64,000 nt of DNA, taken from the NCBI GenBank assembly GCA_900088475.1, contig FLMG01004374.1:168452-232451 (forward strand), given 5' to 3'. The position numbers and the translations under genes are program-made. Under the pieces are notes generated by a model that saw only the letters and a program-made list of their open reading frames with translations, was not told the DNA's origin and did not search any database. Below are positions 23,301-37,085 of the stretch, in pieces (position 1 is the stretch's first letter; each line of letters opens with the position of its first letter). The stretch is from Hyphochytrium catenoides. Its lineage: Eukaryota; Protista; Hyphochytriomycota.

Positions 23301-26300
23301 CTTCACCTATGACAGTCTTCCAGATCCCACGCCTTCTCGTAACCTTCCTTTACTCCTATTCTCGCCGCTGGTCTTCACCGTGATGCCTTACCGTACATTC
23401 CTCCACATTTGGGTAGGGGGAGGGCAATGGATTCGCCCACTTGGTTTGCTTTGCTTCCTCAACCATTTATGGTTGCTTGCAATACTCCTTGTTCGTACTA
23501 CTAATGTGTACCGGATGCAGATTAATCTTCGAACGCCAACGTCATAGTTTGAAGAAGCTTCAAGCTTGGTGGACTGAGAGAAAGAGAGTGAGGCGGGGCA
23601 GGATAATGAGGGCTTTGGCCCTCAGAAAAATGGAGGGAGAGCTGCAAAAGACTCCCTACGACAGAAAGATTAGACGATTCCTAATCATCTGTGACCCTGA
23701 CAGGTAGGAAGTATGAATCATCATGGTTCAAGTAGAAGATAGAGAGAAAGGAGAACAAGGAAATGGCTGAGGTCTACCTAGACTGAGAGAGAAACCCATT
23801 CGTAATTTGCAGAGGCCAACCGGAAAGGGACCAAAAGCATGGTCCATTCTACTGGCTAATAGCATAAAGCATAACAGAGGCCGCAGACAGCAGACACTGT
23901 AGTGCTAGCTATGTACTGAGCTGTTCGTATCACGTAGGTGGACTGCCTTCTTTAAGGAGCAGGAACTAGCCGCTATCAAAATTCAGGTGGGAGTAGGGGG
24001 CCTGCGAGTATGAGCAGCAAAGACCAGTGAGACGTACAACCAGAGTCAGGAGGACATAAGCATGTACCACTCGAAAGCACTCATCTCCTCTCTCAGGCTC
24101 TGGTCCGGGGAGTTCAAGTTCGGATGCAGCAAGAAGAGGAGAGAAGGGCAAAGACGGAGAAAGAGCTTAGACTCCTGGTAAGGTAGCTCAGTTCTCAAAA
24201 GTCGCCATGGGTACTCCGTTCTCTGCCGAAGAGTTATAAATTTCATTCTTACGTTTCTCTTCTGGTGCTCTGTCTTTTATCACGGTTACTGCTCCTCCTT
24301 ATCGACCTTAATAGAGCACTTATGCTGCGGCACTGTAGACGAGAATAATAAGATCTTTGTCCTGACTCGCCGTCTCTCTTCCCCACCAGCGCGAGCGCTA
24401 TATCGTTGACCGTTATAACCCCGAGCTCCGTCGACAGCTAGCGTCTTCCTTGCCCTATGAGATGCTTCCTAAGCTAGAGAAAGAAGAAAAGGCGGCAGTC
24501 AAGGTTCAGGTACTACAATTAGTCACATTCACTTTCTCTTCTCATGTCGTCTGTTTGCGGAAACATTGAGAACTCTAGCGTACACGCTACTGCGTGCCAG
24601 TGATTACGCTTCGGCTGATCTGCTTGGGCGCTATCCTCCCTTGATGTTGCGTATCTCAACTCTTCTGCTGCTCAATGAACTCCTCGTTATAGAGCACATT
24701 TAGAGCCGCGCTTGTTCGGCGAACTACCCAGCAAGTCATCCGACAGCGCTTTATGGATATGAAAGCGAAACTGTCGGTGCTCACACTTCAGAGGTTTTTC
24801 CGGCGAAACAAAGTGAAGAAGGAGGCAGAGCAGAGGAGAGCTATGGAGAAGGTGGCTTTATGGGGTCAGAAGCTCTTCAGAGGACAGAGAGAGCGGAGAG
24901 CGTACAGGAGGATGCAGCTGGTAGGACGGTGCAGGCGCTAAACAATTATGGATCACCTCCTCTTCCCTCACAGCTCTTGCCTCTCTTGAACTCTAAGTCT
25001 GATCATCCTTTTCTGTCCTTATAAATCGCCCGGTGCAGAGGGTGGAGAACTTCAAGAAACTTGTTGCGCAAAACCAGGAAGAAGAACATCTAGCGAAAGA
25101 TGACAAAGCTGTAAGTGGAGAGGGTCCTCCATACCCCTATCATTTGACTTTTGGTTTTAAGCTCACGCCTCGGCCGCCACTGGACTCCCTTAGGCTCAGC
25201 TGCTGTCTGTGGAAGAGCTGCAGAGAATGCAGCGTCTGGCTATTAAGATTCAGTCCCTCTACAGAGGAAGAAAGGCGAGGTAGGTGACTATCCATGTTGC
25301 CTCCAGTTTGACCTAAGGTGTCCGTAGATATGACTTCTCTCAATTGCGAAGTGACCAATCTCCGTCTCCAATGCTTGATCCTGTTTTGGCCCTTGCCACC
25401 TTGCTTTCTTCGTTTCGCTTGCTTTACGTGCCTCAACCTTCAAAATTCATATCTTCGACCTCTTGTGTTCTCTCACCTTCACGTTAGAACCTATCCCTTG
25501 ATGTCTAATAACGCCGGTGACAGAACCGTTTATGCTCGTCTACGTGCGCTCTATGCCGTTACGGTGCAGCGCATGTTTCGTGGCTGGGTGGACCGCTGCC
25601 GAGTGACACAGCTTAGGACTGGCAGGAGGGACATCAATAGGGTCTCTCCTCTAACCTCGCTGCTCGCCTCTCTCACAAACCCTTTGACAAGTTCCGACGA
25701 TTTTTCTCCTATGCTGGTTATAAAGAAAGAGGCCATTGCCAGAAGGGCAGTGGACAGTTCAAAGTCAATACTCGTCACCACCGAAAGAGTGTTGAGTGAT
25801 TCCGAAGCCCTAACGCTAGGAAACCTTTTATACGGAAATACATCGGTTAGCACGTTGGCCATTGCGCGCGAGAAGTTTGGGTGCGTCTTACCTGGCTCTA
25901 CGTCTCCTTCATCTTCTTCTTCTGGCTAAAGAGCCTTATTATCTGCTTTAGTCCATCTTTCCCTCTAACGTACTACCACCATGACTTCATCTTGCGGTTA
26001 ATTTACCAATATGTCCTGCTACTCTTATTGCTTCCCTTCTTTCTGCATACGTCCGGCTAAAGGAGTCAAGGCCTAATCAACCTAGTAGCCGGGTTGACTC
26101 GCGCGGAAGGCCTCAGGCGGTTGATTATCGGTCCAGACTGTCAGACGCAGGATGAAGGATCCGGAGAGCCGTCTGCAAAGCCAAACGAACCTCGCGATAT
26201 AGAGGCATGGAGCAGGCTGGTAGAGTATGTAAAGAATGAGAACCTAAGGCTCACAGAACTTCTGCTAGAGGGGCAGCGACTTGGAGAACAGGGCACGCTA

Positions 26301-27565
26301 CTTTTCTCCAGCCTCATCTCGGACTACTTTGTCTGTCGCTGGGGCTGTTTACGCTCCCTAACCCTCAGCAACTGTGGGATTCGAGATGAATGGGGAGCCG
26401 CTATGGGAAGAGCTCTAGGTTAGAGGACGGCTCTCTCATATATTTTCTTTAGCTCTCGTTATTGTCATCTATCTTGTCCGTAATCTATTCTCTCTCATTA
26501 GTCCATATTGCCTCTAAGACAAAGGTAGAGCTCTATCGAACTGATACTTTACCAACTTCCTCCTCTCCGCAACTGATTATGCCTCCCTTGGACTTACCAT
26601 TGGGCTTAACATCTTGCCTCCTTCCAGCATGCAATACAGCGCTGACGGTCTTTCGACTAGAAGACAACCTACTAGGGGATATAACGGCAGCAGCCTTAGG
26701 GGACGCATTGAAGATAAATAGCTCCCTTACTTCCCTCTCGCTGGATGGCAACGTCTTGACATCTGAGGGTTTACTTGCCCTATGTAGCGGCCTAGCGGTA
26801 CGCTTAGTATTTATAGTGGGGACTTTTTTAGAGCCACAACGCAATGATAATAGGACGGCTATGCTATCGTGGTTGACCCTTTTGCTAAATCAGACGAAAC
26901 TGAGCTGACCACCGGACAATTAAGGCAAGGTAACTAAGGCATTGCTTGTTCACTTCCCTTAAAGCACAATCAGACCCTTCACGAGTTAAGTCTACGAGAC
27001 AACCTTATCAAGGACAATGGCCTCAATAGCATCGTGGCCTTGGTAGCAGCACGATGTAAAGCCCTTCAGGTAAGCTGTAGCTAAGCGCCGTAGACAACTC
27101 ATCCAAGAATACAGAGGACTTTATTATGCTCACATCACGCGCAACCTGAACAGATACATCTAGAGGCCAATTTATTCCGACAGTCTTCATTGGATCGATT
27201 ATCGAAGGCAGGGTGTTATCGAACGCCGCCTCCAGACGTCGTCCTCAGAGTCTGGCCAAAGCAACAAAACGCTTCGTCACCTCATTTGAGGATGTTGCAT
27301 GCTAAGAAAGTGAAGCCCATGGGCTCTGCAGATAGATTTGATTCTCAGAAGAACGACAATCAGTTGTCGGGCTCTATCAGACGGTCGAAGAGGCTCCACT
27401 TGCCTCGAAGGTAGCTCTTAGGAGGGCCTGGCTAAAAGCGATGGCATGTTGAAAACCAAAGCCTCTTGCCTTGACACACCACGCGTTAGGCAGCTGCGGG
27501 TCTTAGATGCTGATAGGGCTCCACTACACCGCAGACCCCATACGGCAAAACAGACGGCGAGCTAG
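20323..27565 (+). CDS. Large multi-exon protein with TPR-like N-terminal helices, several IQ motifs and C-terminal RNI-like leucine-rich repeats; ends approximate
   Basis: TPR-like: LGCWLYKLEDYGK|ALQSFRKA and YADCNYRLGNTKQAEDA. IQ-like: AAVKVQ|STFRA, VLTLQRFFRR, IKIQSLYRG and AVTVQRMFRGW. LRRs: LRSLTLSNCGIRDEWG, LTVFRLEDNLLGD, LTSLSLDGNVLTSEG and LHELSLRDNLIKDNG. Confidence 0.7.
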
Positions 27566-27740
27566 AAGAAAAGCTAAAGCCCTTCAGTGAAGCAGCACTG
27601 TGGTCTAATGGTCGCCGGTCTGGAGGAAATGACATGAGGTAAAGGAGACAAGTCAGAAGTCTTTAAAGCGTCGTCAAGCTCATGCGATAGAGCGAGCCCC
27701 ACCTCCCTGATCCAAGGAGGGAACTGATCTAAACCCTGAA

Positions 27741-28877
27741 TCAGAACAGTCTAGGATGGAGTGCGCAAGCAATATTATGGATCTGACTCTCTGCTGTGGA
27801 CTGAAGAGGAACCTCTTCCTCACCTGACAGCACTGGGATCGGCGATACATAAGGCTGTGATGCCTGCGCTAGCGCGTAAGTACTTGCCTTCGCTGCCAAA
27901 TCAGGATTGTCGTGCAGCCAAGTATAGGTCTCCTAGAGTTGTTGTGAATTAGTTGGAAAGGAGAATAGCGAGAGATGATCAGGGTCCTAGTCAGTCCCAG
28001 TAGAGGACCTCAGACAGTGTAAAAACTTTATCGATGGGACCACTGACATCTTCAGCCGTTCTGTATCCCATGGTGGGGTCCATGCAGGAGCTCATCCTCC
28101 CGCTGGTGAAGTCTGGGTGTCTAAGCATTACAATGCAGTTGAAAACAGCGTTTGCGCACATTGCCATGCCGGCTAGTTGAGCCATGCTGTCCGCCATGCC
28201 AAAATTCATACATCCAATGCTGCCGAACATCGTGGTATGGTGAGAGAACGAAGGCTAGATTCAGGAATGAAGTACCAGCCTGAACATTGGTGGAATACTG
28301 CGACCAGCCTCACGACAGCTAAACACAAAGTTGAGAGCCAGATCAGACTTACAAGAGAATAAAGGCAGTCCTGCCCTTGTAAGTGAAGAGAAACCCAAAG
28401 TCCCGCCTAATGGCTGGCTCCATTGAAGTAAGCCTGCACTCGAATGCCAGTAGTAGCAAACCAAAGAGCCTATGAGATGAGACAAAGGTTCTGTTAGGCA
28501 TGGCCAGCGATCAACCACTAAAAGGATGCCTACACGACGTAAAGAGCTATCAGGAAGGATGTAATATTGAGGAAGAAGATGTTGAAGAGTCCCGTGAGGC
28601 CTACGAGCACTTGGAACAGGGCAAGTCCAATGTTGGTGAGCCGCATGTATCTGAGCAGTTTTGGAGTGTCCATGTTCTGTATTCTAGAGCGTGGGTCAGA
28701 CGGATTTGACGGGACTTCGCGGATAGTAAAGCCTATAGAACGAGCGTATGGCTCCCACCTTTGGATGAAACTTCTGTCGTCCAGGATGTCATGAGTATTG
28801 TTTAAATTGTGGTACAATGCGGGCCCTGACGGTGGCATCATAGGTTGTGAAAGGAAAGAAGAGTCTCCAGACATCAT
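27741..28877 (-). CDS. COPI-associated (Tvp15-like) Golgi membrane protein, 4 exons
   Basis: LLRYMRLTNIGL..IALYVV|.LFGLLLLAFEC..IRRDFGFLFTYKGRTAFILF..AVFNCIVMLRHPDF matches the COPI-associated family pattern. Confidence 0.8.
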
Positions 28878-29836
28878 CTCTCGCAACGCACAGGGTAGTC
28901 GGCCCTCTAGGGTTACGGTACTGGTTGCGTCGTCCACGTCTTTGGTCTCCTCTTGTCAGCGTGGTGGCTATTCTTTGGGTGGAAGCACCCTTACTCGTCA
29001 GTTGCCAACTTGACCACGCGCAGCAGCGGTAGGCGAGGCGAGGCGACTGCAGACTGACCTTATGGGGTACAGGTCGGGGCGCGTCCACTCTCTTGCTCCA
29101 GGGCTCCGGCGTACGGACTACACTCTTCGTACAAGTAGGAGATCGTCTCTGTTGACAGATGACGAGATGAGGGAGGCGACGGCGGCGGCGGCGGCGGGAT
29201 AGTAAGGCTGGAGGATGAAGGATGAAGGTCAAACAAGGATCAAGGAGGCAAGGAATGCCCCTTCACCTGATGAGCCGATGAGCCGGATGAGCCAGCTCTG
29301 ATAGAGATCTTCAGATGGAGACTACTGTCTAGTTATCATACCTGTGGCGTATTCAGTTACCCACGTTGGGTTGTACACTGTATGTTAGAACAGTTTCCTC
29401 AGAGCTCCCCCATGAAAGCCTGATGGATTCCAGCTTCTGACTCTTCACTTTGATGCCGATGATACCGTAGAACTGACAGTGTTGAGGGGAAAGACAAAAG
29501 TGATCTCCGCCCCTCCCTCGATCTCTCCTCTCTGCGTCAATGGTTTTGATGGCACTGCCCACGCCAAAGCAGCAAGGGAGGATGAGGCGATGAGCTATCA
29601 TTTAGGTCCATAACCTCGCACAATAGACGGACGGCGGGGTTCGATTGGACGTCTCAGTCGCTCGCTTATGATAAGCAGATTATGGTGTTTGGGTGGCTGG
29701 ATGCATTCTTCAGCATTGTCGATGCCTCTGCCTCTCTCTCGACGTTTGCTTAGACAAAAGCTTTCATAATGACCAGAGTACAGTCTGATTTGCTCTTCTT
29801 TTGAGACTCTGAGGATTCCTCCCTACAAACACAAGT

Positions 29837-32332
29837 ATGGCCAATAGCGTCTCGGAGAGCACACATCTCCTTACTCAAGGATTAGACGGGTCAACTTACG
29901 ATGAGGGCAGGGTACGAGCGCTTAGTTCGCCGAAGGAGAAGGAGGTAAATGAGTGCCTCTCCAGCATATGAGAAACAGAAGCATCCTCCTTAGTTCCTAA
30001 CTTTTGCTGCGTAGTGGATGCGACAATCTCCCAAAGACTGGGAAAACATAGAAGCTTTGGCCGAGTCTAGGAAAGAAGTCGTGGCTCCAGATGAGCCAGA
30101 GGACAGCTGGTTCAGGTACCTCGATTTGAAGGCTACATCTTCTCTTTTCTACGTGGTTGCCGCCCTAATGAGCAACTATTCTGCTAGCTGGAAGTTACTT
30201 TGGATCTATGCTGGTCCTGGGCTGCTCATGAGCATATCATACGTAGACCCAGGCAACCTTGAGAGCGACCTCCAATCTGGAGCCTATTCGGGGTATCAGC
30301 TGCTTTGGGTCCTCTTTTGGGCAACGGCTCTCGGCTTTATTCTGCAGGTTAGCATCCGAACTTCCTCTCTACCTTATCCAACTTCGTCTGACATCCTGAG
30401 GTAAGATGCTTGCTGCTCGTATAGGAGTAGTGACAGGGAAAAATCTTGCGGACCTCTGCCGCTTGGAATACTCGCGCCCAAAAGCTATGGCCCTGTGGAT
30501 TATGATTGAGATAGCTATCATTGGAAGGTAGAGCTTACCTTTACATCCTATCATAGCCCTTACGAACGCATTGACTAACCGTTGAAAAACAGCGACGTCC
30601 AGGAAGTCCTCGGGTCTGCGATAGCCTTTCAACTGCTATTTGGAATGCCACTCTGGGTTGGTTGCCTGGTATGTTTAGTAAGCAAGCATATGTCTGGGAG
30701 GGCGCACGTAATAACAATTGTGCCTCATCCTTCTTTGTGTGTGCATAGCTTACGGGCTTTGACACTGTGACGTTCCTGGGTTTGCATCACTTCGGCATAA
30801 GGAAGTTAGAGGCCTTCTTTGGCATCCTTATTGCCACCATGTTAGTCTGCTTCGCGTGTGATTTGGTGAGTGGCGGTACTCCAGTACGCAGCCTTCTCAT
30901 GGGAACTTCCATTCCGTCAATATCGCGACATTCAGTGGTCCAGGCCGTCGGCACTCTAGGAGCAGTGATCATGCCCCACAAGTAAGTAGTATCCTCCAGG
31001 GAACAATGCGATAGACTTTCTGTTCTCTTTCGCTGCTTGCCTGCTACGCGCTCTAATGACCCTGACATTCGATCCAAGCGTCACGCTAATCGCTTTTTTC
31101 TCCGCCTTCAGCATCTTTCTCCACTCAGCGCTAGTGCAGACTCGCAACGTCGACCGCTTTAACACCCGGAAAGTAGCAGAGGCAAACAAGTATTTTTCTC
31201 TCGAGGCTGCGCTAGCCCTCGTCGTGTCCTATTTGATAAACGCCGCCGTACTGGGCGTGTTTGCGAAAGGCTTCTATTCCGATGATTGTGCGGCGCTTGC
31301 AAGCGCGTCAGGAAAGAACAGCGCTTGTCTTCCGCTCGCTGGAACTGATGCCGGGGTAGGAAATGGGGCATGTGTGACAGCAGATGGATTCCAGGTAAGA
31401 AAGTCCAAGGCCAAAGTGGCCAAAGCCAAAGTGTCACGTCGGCCCTATCCGTCAAGGCTCTGTGCCCCTCTGCCTAAATCTAGGCCACACCTAACTCTGG
31501 TCCTCCTTTCCAATCTGTCCTTGCTGACCCTCACTCGTGTAACACGATAAATGAGAGATCCATTGACTCTGTCGTGGCCCTTATGGTCTATCATTATATC
31601 GTGCGACAGGGCGGATGCAGAGAGATTGGATTATCGGATGCAGGATCTGCGCTCTCCGCAGTGCTTGGGGAGAATGGGGCAACTGTGTGGGCAATAGGTT
31701 TGCTAGCTGCCGGACAGGTCAGTCGTTTACCTTTAAATCTTCTTACGCGATCTAACCGTGCGCTATCGTGGTCACTCTGTTACGCCGGCTCCTTTCGATA
31801 GAGCTCTACCATGACAGGCACCTATGCTGGCCAATTCGTTATGGAAGGATTCCTCCGCTTCCACATTGCTCCTTGGAAGCGTGTGGCACTGACAAGAGTT
31901 GTGGCCCTCGTTCCGGCCATAACGGTAGCGCTGATAAACGAGACAGCCAAAAATACGAGTGATTGGTTGGGGGAAGTCCTAAACGTCCTCCAATCCCTTC
32001 TCCTACCGTTCGCTCTCTTGCCAGTCTTGCACTTCAACAGCAATGCTAACCTTATGGGAACCTTCACGATCTCAAACAGGGTGCAGGTGATGGTTTGGCT
32101 CATCGCTCTCTTCGTGATGGCCATCAATGTGGTCGTGTTGACAACCTCGGTTTCGGCAGAATCCCACTCTCCAAGCTTCTACGCGCTTGTAGCAGTAGTG
32201 GCAACTGCCTATTACGGCTTCTTACTATCCCTTATCAGTGAGGACCTCTCCAAATGGAAGCACTTTCTCTTGGCATTCTGGTCAAAGCGACGGGGCCACA
32301 GGTCCTTTGACATCAGTCCTGAGATTACTTAG
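29837..32332 (+). CDS. NRAMP: NRAMP/SLC11 divalent metal transporter
   Basis: Signature motifs [27 protein letters not shown]|[17 protein letters not shown]|.[15 protein letters not shown]|[17 protein letters not shown] and [15 protein letters not shown]. Confidence 0.95.
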
Positions 32333-32869
32333 CTTCGCACTGAGCACTGGCTTCATAGGTCTGTTTCTATAGCGCCGCGGTGCGTAGCGAGGAAGGTGCC
32401 CACTCTGCCGGCCTGAAGGACATCGTAACGACTCTTTTGAAAAATCATCAGAACCTCAGAAACACCTCACCCTTTCCTAAAATGCGTCAATATTCGGATT
32501 GCTGCTTCCTTCATTCCAGAACTGTTCTCCTTATTATCACACATCTGGGTCATTACAGTAGAACTACCCTGCCTCAGTTGATGCAGTATGGACAACGAGC
32601 ACAACCTATGTACTTGATACTTGAGTCCTGAGTCCACAGAAGCGACTATTGTAGGTCATATAGGACAAGTAAAGCTTTTCGCCTTGTGATGCTTTCTGCG
32701 CACTTCCTGCTGATGCGAGCATTCTCCTCGCCTCAGCCACTTCATCAGCTTGGCACACCCGCCAGATGGGCCGTCGTGCCCTCTATAGAGACCCATAATC
32801 CGTGAGCCTGATGATGGAAGAGCAGCGCACCAGTTATTCTATGCGATTGCTCTTTATTTAAGATAACCT

Positions 32870-34331
32870 ATGGCAGGAGCATCAGAAGCCTTCTTGGCTG
32901 TGACACATCTGCCATTCTCTGAGGATGACGTTCAAGGGAAAGCTCCCGCTCCAGGAGAGAAGCAAGTGAGGAACGCATTGGAGACACCGCCACAAATTAC
33001 CGCCTCGTCCCCTTGCGTCTCTCCTGCTTCTAGCCCGCGGAGCTTTCTCCTCTCGAAGTCTATAGGTGCGGTTTCTTGCGCCATTGCTTTTGACCCCCTC
33101 TCTCGTCCTTGCCCTCCTCTGGGGGTCCGCAAGTTCACTTTCATCTCCTCTTACGGGTAATATACAGGTCCATACACTTGCCTCCGTGTGGAGGAAGGTC
33201 GATATGTTGTCGACCTAGAGTTCAATCTGTCAAGACTCCGCCAATCGGCAGAGGGATTCTTTGGCCTGTCCTCGAAGGGCTCAGGCCCATATCCGACAGA
33301 ACTAAGCAGAATATTGGGTGCAACTGGCAGCTTCATAGCCCGGACGCTTAAATTTCACAGAACCATAGGTTTGGAAGGGCGAGGATGCGAGGACTCGAGC
33401 TTCATGGTGACCCTGCTTCTAGAGCTGGACCAGGAGGAGTCTTTGCTTAGGTTGTGGTGCCATACCTGCCCTCTACCACAGGTTAGGTTGGATTATCTCT
33501 AAGTCATCTCCCAGCTTCACACCGCGCTCTCTCTGGGATGCCACCGTGCTCTCTCATCCTCAGAAGCGCTGGTACAGGGGGACTTATACCTTCTCCGTCG
33601 CCCCCTATATGTGATGGTCAGGTCTCCTTGTCTGGGGTGAAAGTGGAAGTGAGGGGTCAAGGACGGGCTTGTCCTGTTTGGAAGCTTTCCAGCTGGATTC
33701 ATGAACGACAGCCCTTGGAGGCGGCCAAAAGTCCAGAAAGTAGTGAAGTTATCCTGTCCCGACAGGAGCCCGACAGCCCTTCAGTTGTGCTCCTCGAGGG
33801 TTTAGTCTCCAACATATTTTTAGGTAAGAGGGGCACGAGTTGTGATATAAGTTGGCAGTTTCCTCTCAACTTGGTGCCTTTGACATCCATGCTCCAAGTG
33901 TCCAAGGACGACAAGCTTTACACCAGTCCAGACGCCGTCCTCGAGGGTCAAGGGCGGGATCTGGTGCTTGCTGCCTGCAAGCAGAACGGGATCCAAGTTT
34001 ATCTGGAAGCTCCCTGTCTACCTTCATCTGGGCAGTGGAAGGAGGCATTTCTCACTAGTAAGCTTTCCAAATTCTTTTCAAGTCTGATCAGCTACACTTG
34101 CGAGCACTAAGATAGCATAACGCCACCCTCTGCACATAACTAGGTGTCGTCCGAATAGCTCAGCCCGTAACACATATCAAGTTCAGAGCGCTAGAGGGCG
34201 ATGACAACACGTGGACAGAGCTCTCCCTTCCCTTTAGCAGTAACCCAGCGTCATTAACGTCTAAGATACGCAAGCTAGCCCTAACAGAGGCGAGACAGAG
34301 GCGCCTTGATCTATACCCTCTGGAAATCTAG
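32870..34331 (+). CDS. PLP-dependent class IV aminotransferase / ADC-lyase-like protein
   Basis: YTCLR..FNLSRLRQSA, WKLSSW (putative PLP lysine), LLEGLVSNIF, VLEGQGRDLVL and WKEAFLTS|VVRIAQPV. Confidence 0.8.
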
Positions 34332-34372
34332 AGGAAGTGTCTAGGAGTCATAGAGACGAGAGTTCACTTCCT

Positions 34373-36251
34373 TCATATATCCTTATCTTCATAATCGGCC
34401 ACGCGCTTCCATTGGCCATACCTCTTTTCTATCTCATCAATGCACCGAGAATGGATGAAGTTATCATCATTGTAGGATGACAGCTTCAGTCCCTTGAGGG
34501 GCTCGTCGGCTTTCCACTGCGGCGAGCTGGGATCTAGGCGTTTACTCATTATCGCTCGAGGTACTTTGCTCTTCGTGGCCAAATAGCCCGAAATCCAAAC
34601 CTAGTACAGAACGATTTAATGACCGAGAGCTTGGAGGTACAGGAAAGCTAACGCACTGTACTTACGTCGTCCACCGTCATGCACACCGGAGGAAAGTCTG
34701 CTAACTCCGTTACATTCTCAAAAAAGCGTCGTCGATATCCAATGCCACAGCAAGCTTGCAGAATATCCACATAGACGCCTACAGGGGCAACGCTTACTTG
34801 CCTGACGAGACAGCCAAAATAATACTGAAGATGGACAAGAAGACACGCCCATGGGTAATTGCTGCCTTGAAAGCCCCCCCCAAACCACCACTGAGGCTAT
34901 AAGACACTGAATGGAGGCACTGGTACCTGTTGGTCGCTGCCAGTAAGGGGCGTACACAGGAACGACCCCTAGAGGTCTGCTCCATCCCATCGTGCCCCAC
35001 CCACAGACCCCAACGGCTATGTCCTCTTTGTGTTCCGTCTGCCAGGCCAGAGTGGCGGAAAGGTCCGCAGGGTAAACAAAGTCATCGTCAACCGTAATCA
35101 CCAGTGTTTCCGGATCTGCTTCCTTCAATAGTGTCGGGTAGAGCTTCGTGAGAGGACCTACATCCTTACATCTACAAAGGAGAGGAAAAGTAGGCCCGGG
35201 AGAAGCAGTATCTTAGTGCCCAACTTACTCGCAAGTGGACCCTCTTACGTTAATCCCCAAAATGAGTGGTGTGTGTCATGCACTAACAGTCATCTACCAC
35301 CACTCATCTTTCCTTAGTCATAATGGTTTTGCTTATCACGGAGTCTGAGCTTTCCAAAGCGCACATCGAATTCACGAAGTGTTTTCTCCAATCTTGCTTA
35401 ATTAGTAAGATTCCTCATTCTCCCTCATGTCACTTCATGGTCTCATTTGGCTCACTGTACCTGTTGATAACAAGCTTTGGTATTTCGGTAAGAGATGAGG
35501 GGATCTCCACCTCATCGTAGTTCTGGTTGGACCTTGCCATTTTGCCCTTGGGAAGGTTCAGATAGATCGCATCCACCGGTAAGTCTTGGTTAGCGAGTGA
35601 CATGATGGTCTCATATAGTTTGGCTACTCTGCCTGGAAGAAGAACCAGAAGTAACAGGGGCGCCCACAAAACGTGAGGAGGCCACAGAGAGGATCAGAAC
35701 AATATGAGAGAAAAGAGCCTACACAAGCAAGCAAGAAGAATCAATCGGTGAAGGAGGTTGAGAGAGAGCAAGGCACTTTGATGGCAGAAGATAGAGAGAC
35801 AACTCCAAATGACACAAGATCCCATAAAGTTCCACCCAGGGGAGCATGATCCTATGGTCTCATACCTGGTCTTGTTGTCAATGAAAAGACGACCCTAAAT
35901 TTGGGCTTCCACCCCTTAGGAGGGGTTAGCTCTTCACTTGTCAGACCTCCGAGTGGTAGAGTATACATAGCGACCGCTAGGGGGGAAAGCGTACCCCATT
36001 TTTCTACGGTCCAGAGATATATGCGCAAGATAATGACCAATAGGATCGTAACAGCTATCCATATCTTGCGTTTTGCAAGCGCATGCTGCCATCCTGACCC
36101 ATGGATGACCTAAATAATCAATGAGAGTTGAGACTATTTTTGAAACACTGGAGGGTACTCTGCAAGCTCGTGAAAAGCGTACATTGGGCTTGTCAAGGCG
36201 ATGATAGCGCACGCCTTGGCCTTTGCTATCACTGGTCACTGGGAGTTGCAT
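34373..36251 (-). CDS. Type II membrane GT-A fold glycosyltransferase (GT2/GT64-like), multi-exon
   Basis: N-terminal TM segment IWIAVTILLVIILRIYLW, then VVFSLTTRPG|RV..SLANQDLPVDAIYLNLP, DVGPLTKLYPTL, a DxD motif in ITVDDDFVYP, and TVDD|VWISGYLA. Confidence 0.8.
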
Positions 36252-37085
36252 TATTGCAGAGGGACTTATTGAGAATGCTGATTGGTATCTGGGACAGTCA
36301 TTACTTAACGGGAGGTCATGGCCCTTCACGGCAAAACAGCAGCGGCAGATTGGAGTGCGACAATCCAGCAGCTAGATCATCTCATCCACAGTGTTCACCC
36401 TGAGCCATCCTGCCATCCATTCAGCACTGTCTGGATGAGGAGCGCCAGCGAATAGCCGAGAGACAAGCTTTCCCCTAGAGGTCGACCACTGAGCAGGGGT
36501 CTGCGTACTGCTATGCGCCATAGATCCTGTGGCTTCTCTTCCTACTCCGTCTGTAATAAGAGAAGAGAGCACGAAGAGCTTCTTCATGATCTCATAGCTC
36601 ATCATCAGCGCTGAAAAGAAGACCAGACAGATCAGAACCCAACTTCTCAGTGACTGATCTTTTAAAGGTTATCAATGTCCGATTACTGACGAACTAGTTA
36701 ATGTGTTTGTATGTATGAACCTAGGGGTGCCTCTCACTCCAGTAGGCGGGGATGGAGGCCCAAGGCACACGGAAAACCTGATAGATTAATCTTGGTACTT
36801 TGCGCCAGCACCTCTAGTGCTACGAGGGCCATCACCACGGATGGTCACGATGGCACTCTCTATTATTGGAGAAGCAAAGACAGAGGAAGCATGCCTTGTT
36901 CGCATCAGAACCACTCGAAGACGGCAGCCAAGAAGTCTGCAGACTGGAGCTTCGTAAAGGTCTTGAAGCTTGGACATTGGAGTTCTAGGAATTGCTCGCA
37001 GCAGCAGTGCTTTGACACTTGGCCAGAAGCCTTTCCTTTCTATCAGTTCTGGAGTTAGATAAGTTAAAGAGACGGGGATACAGCC

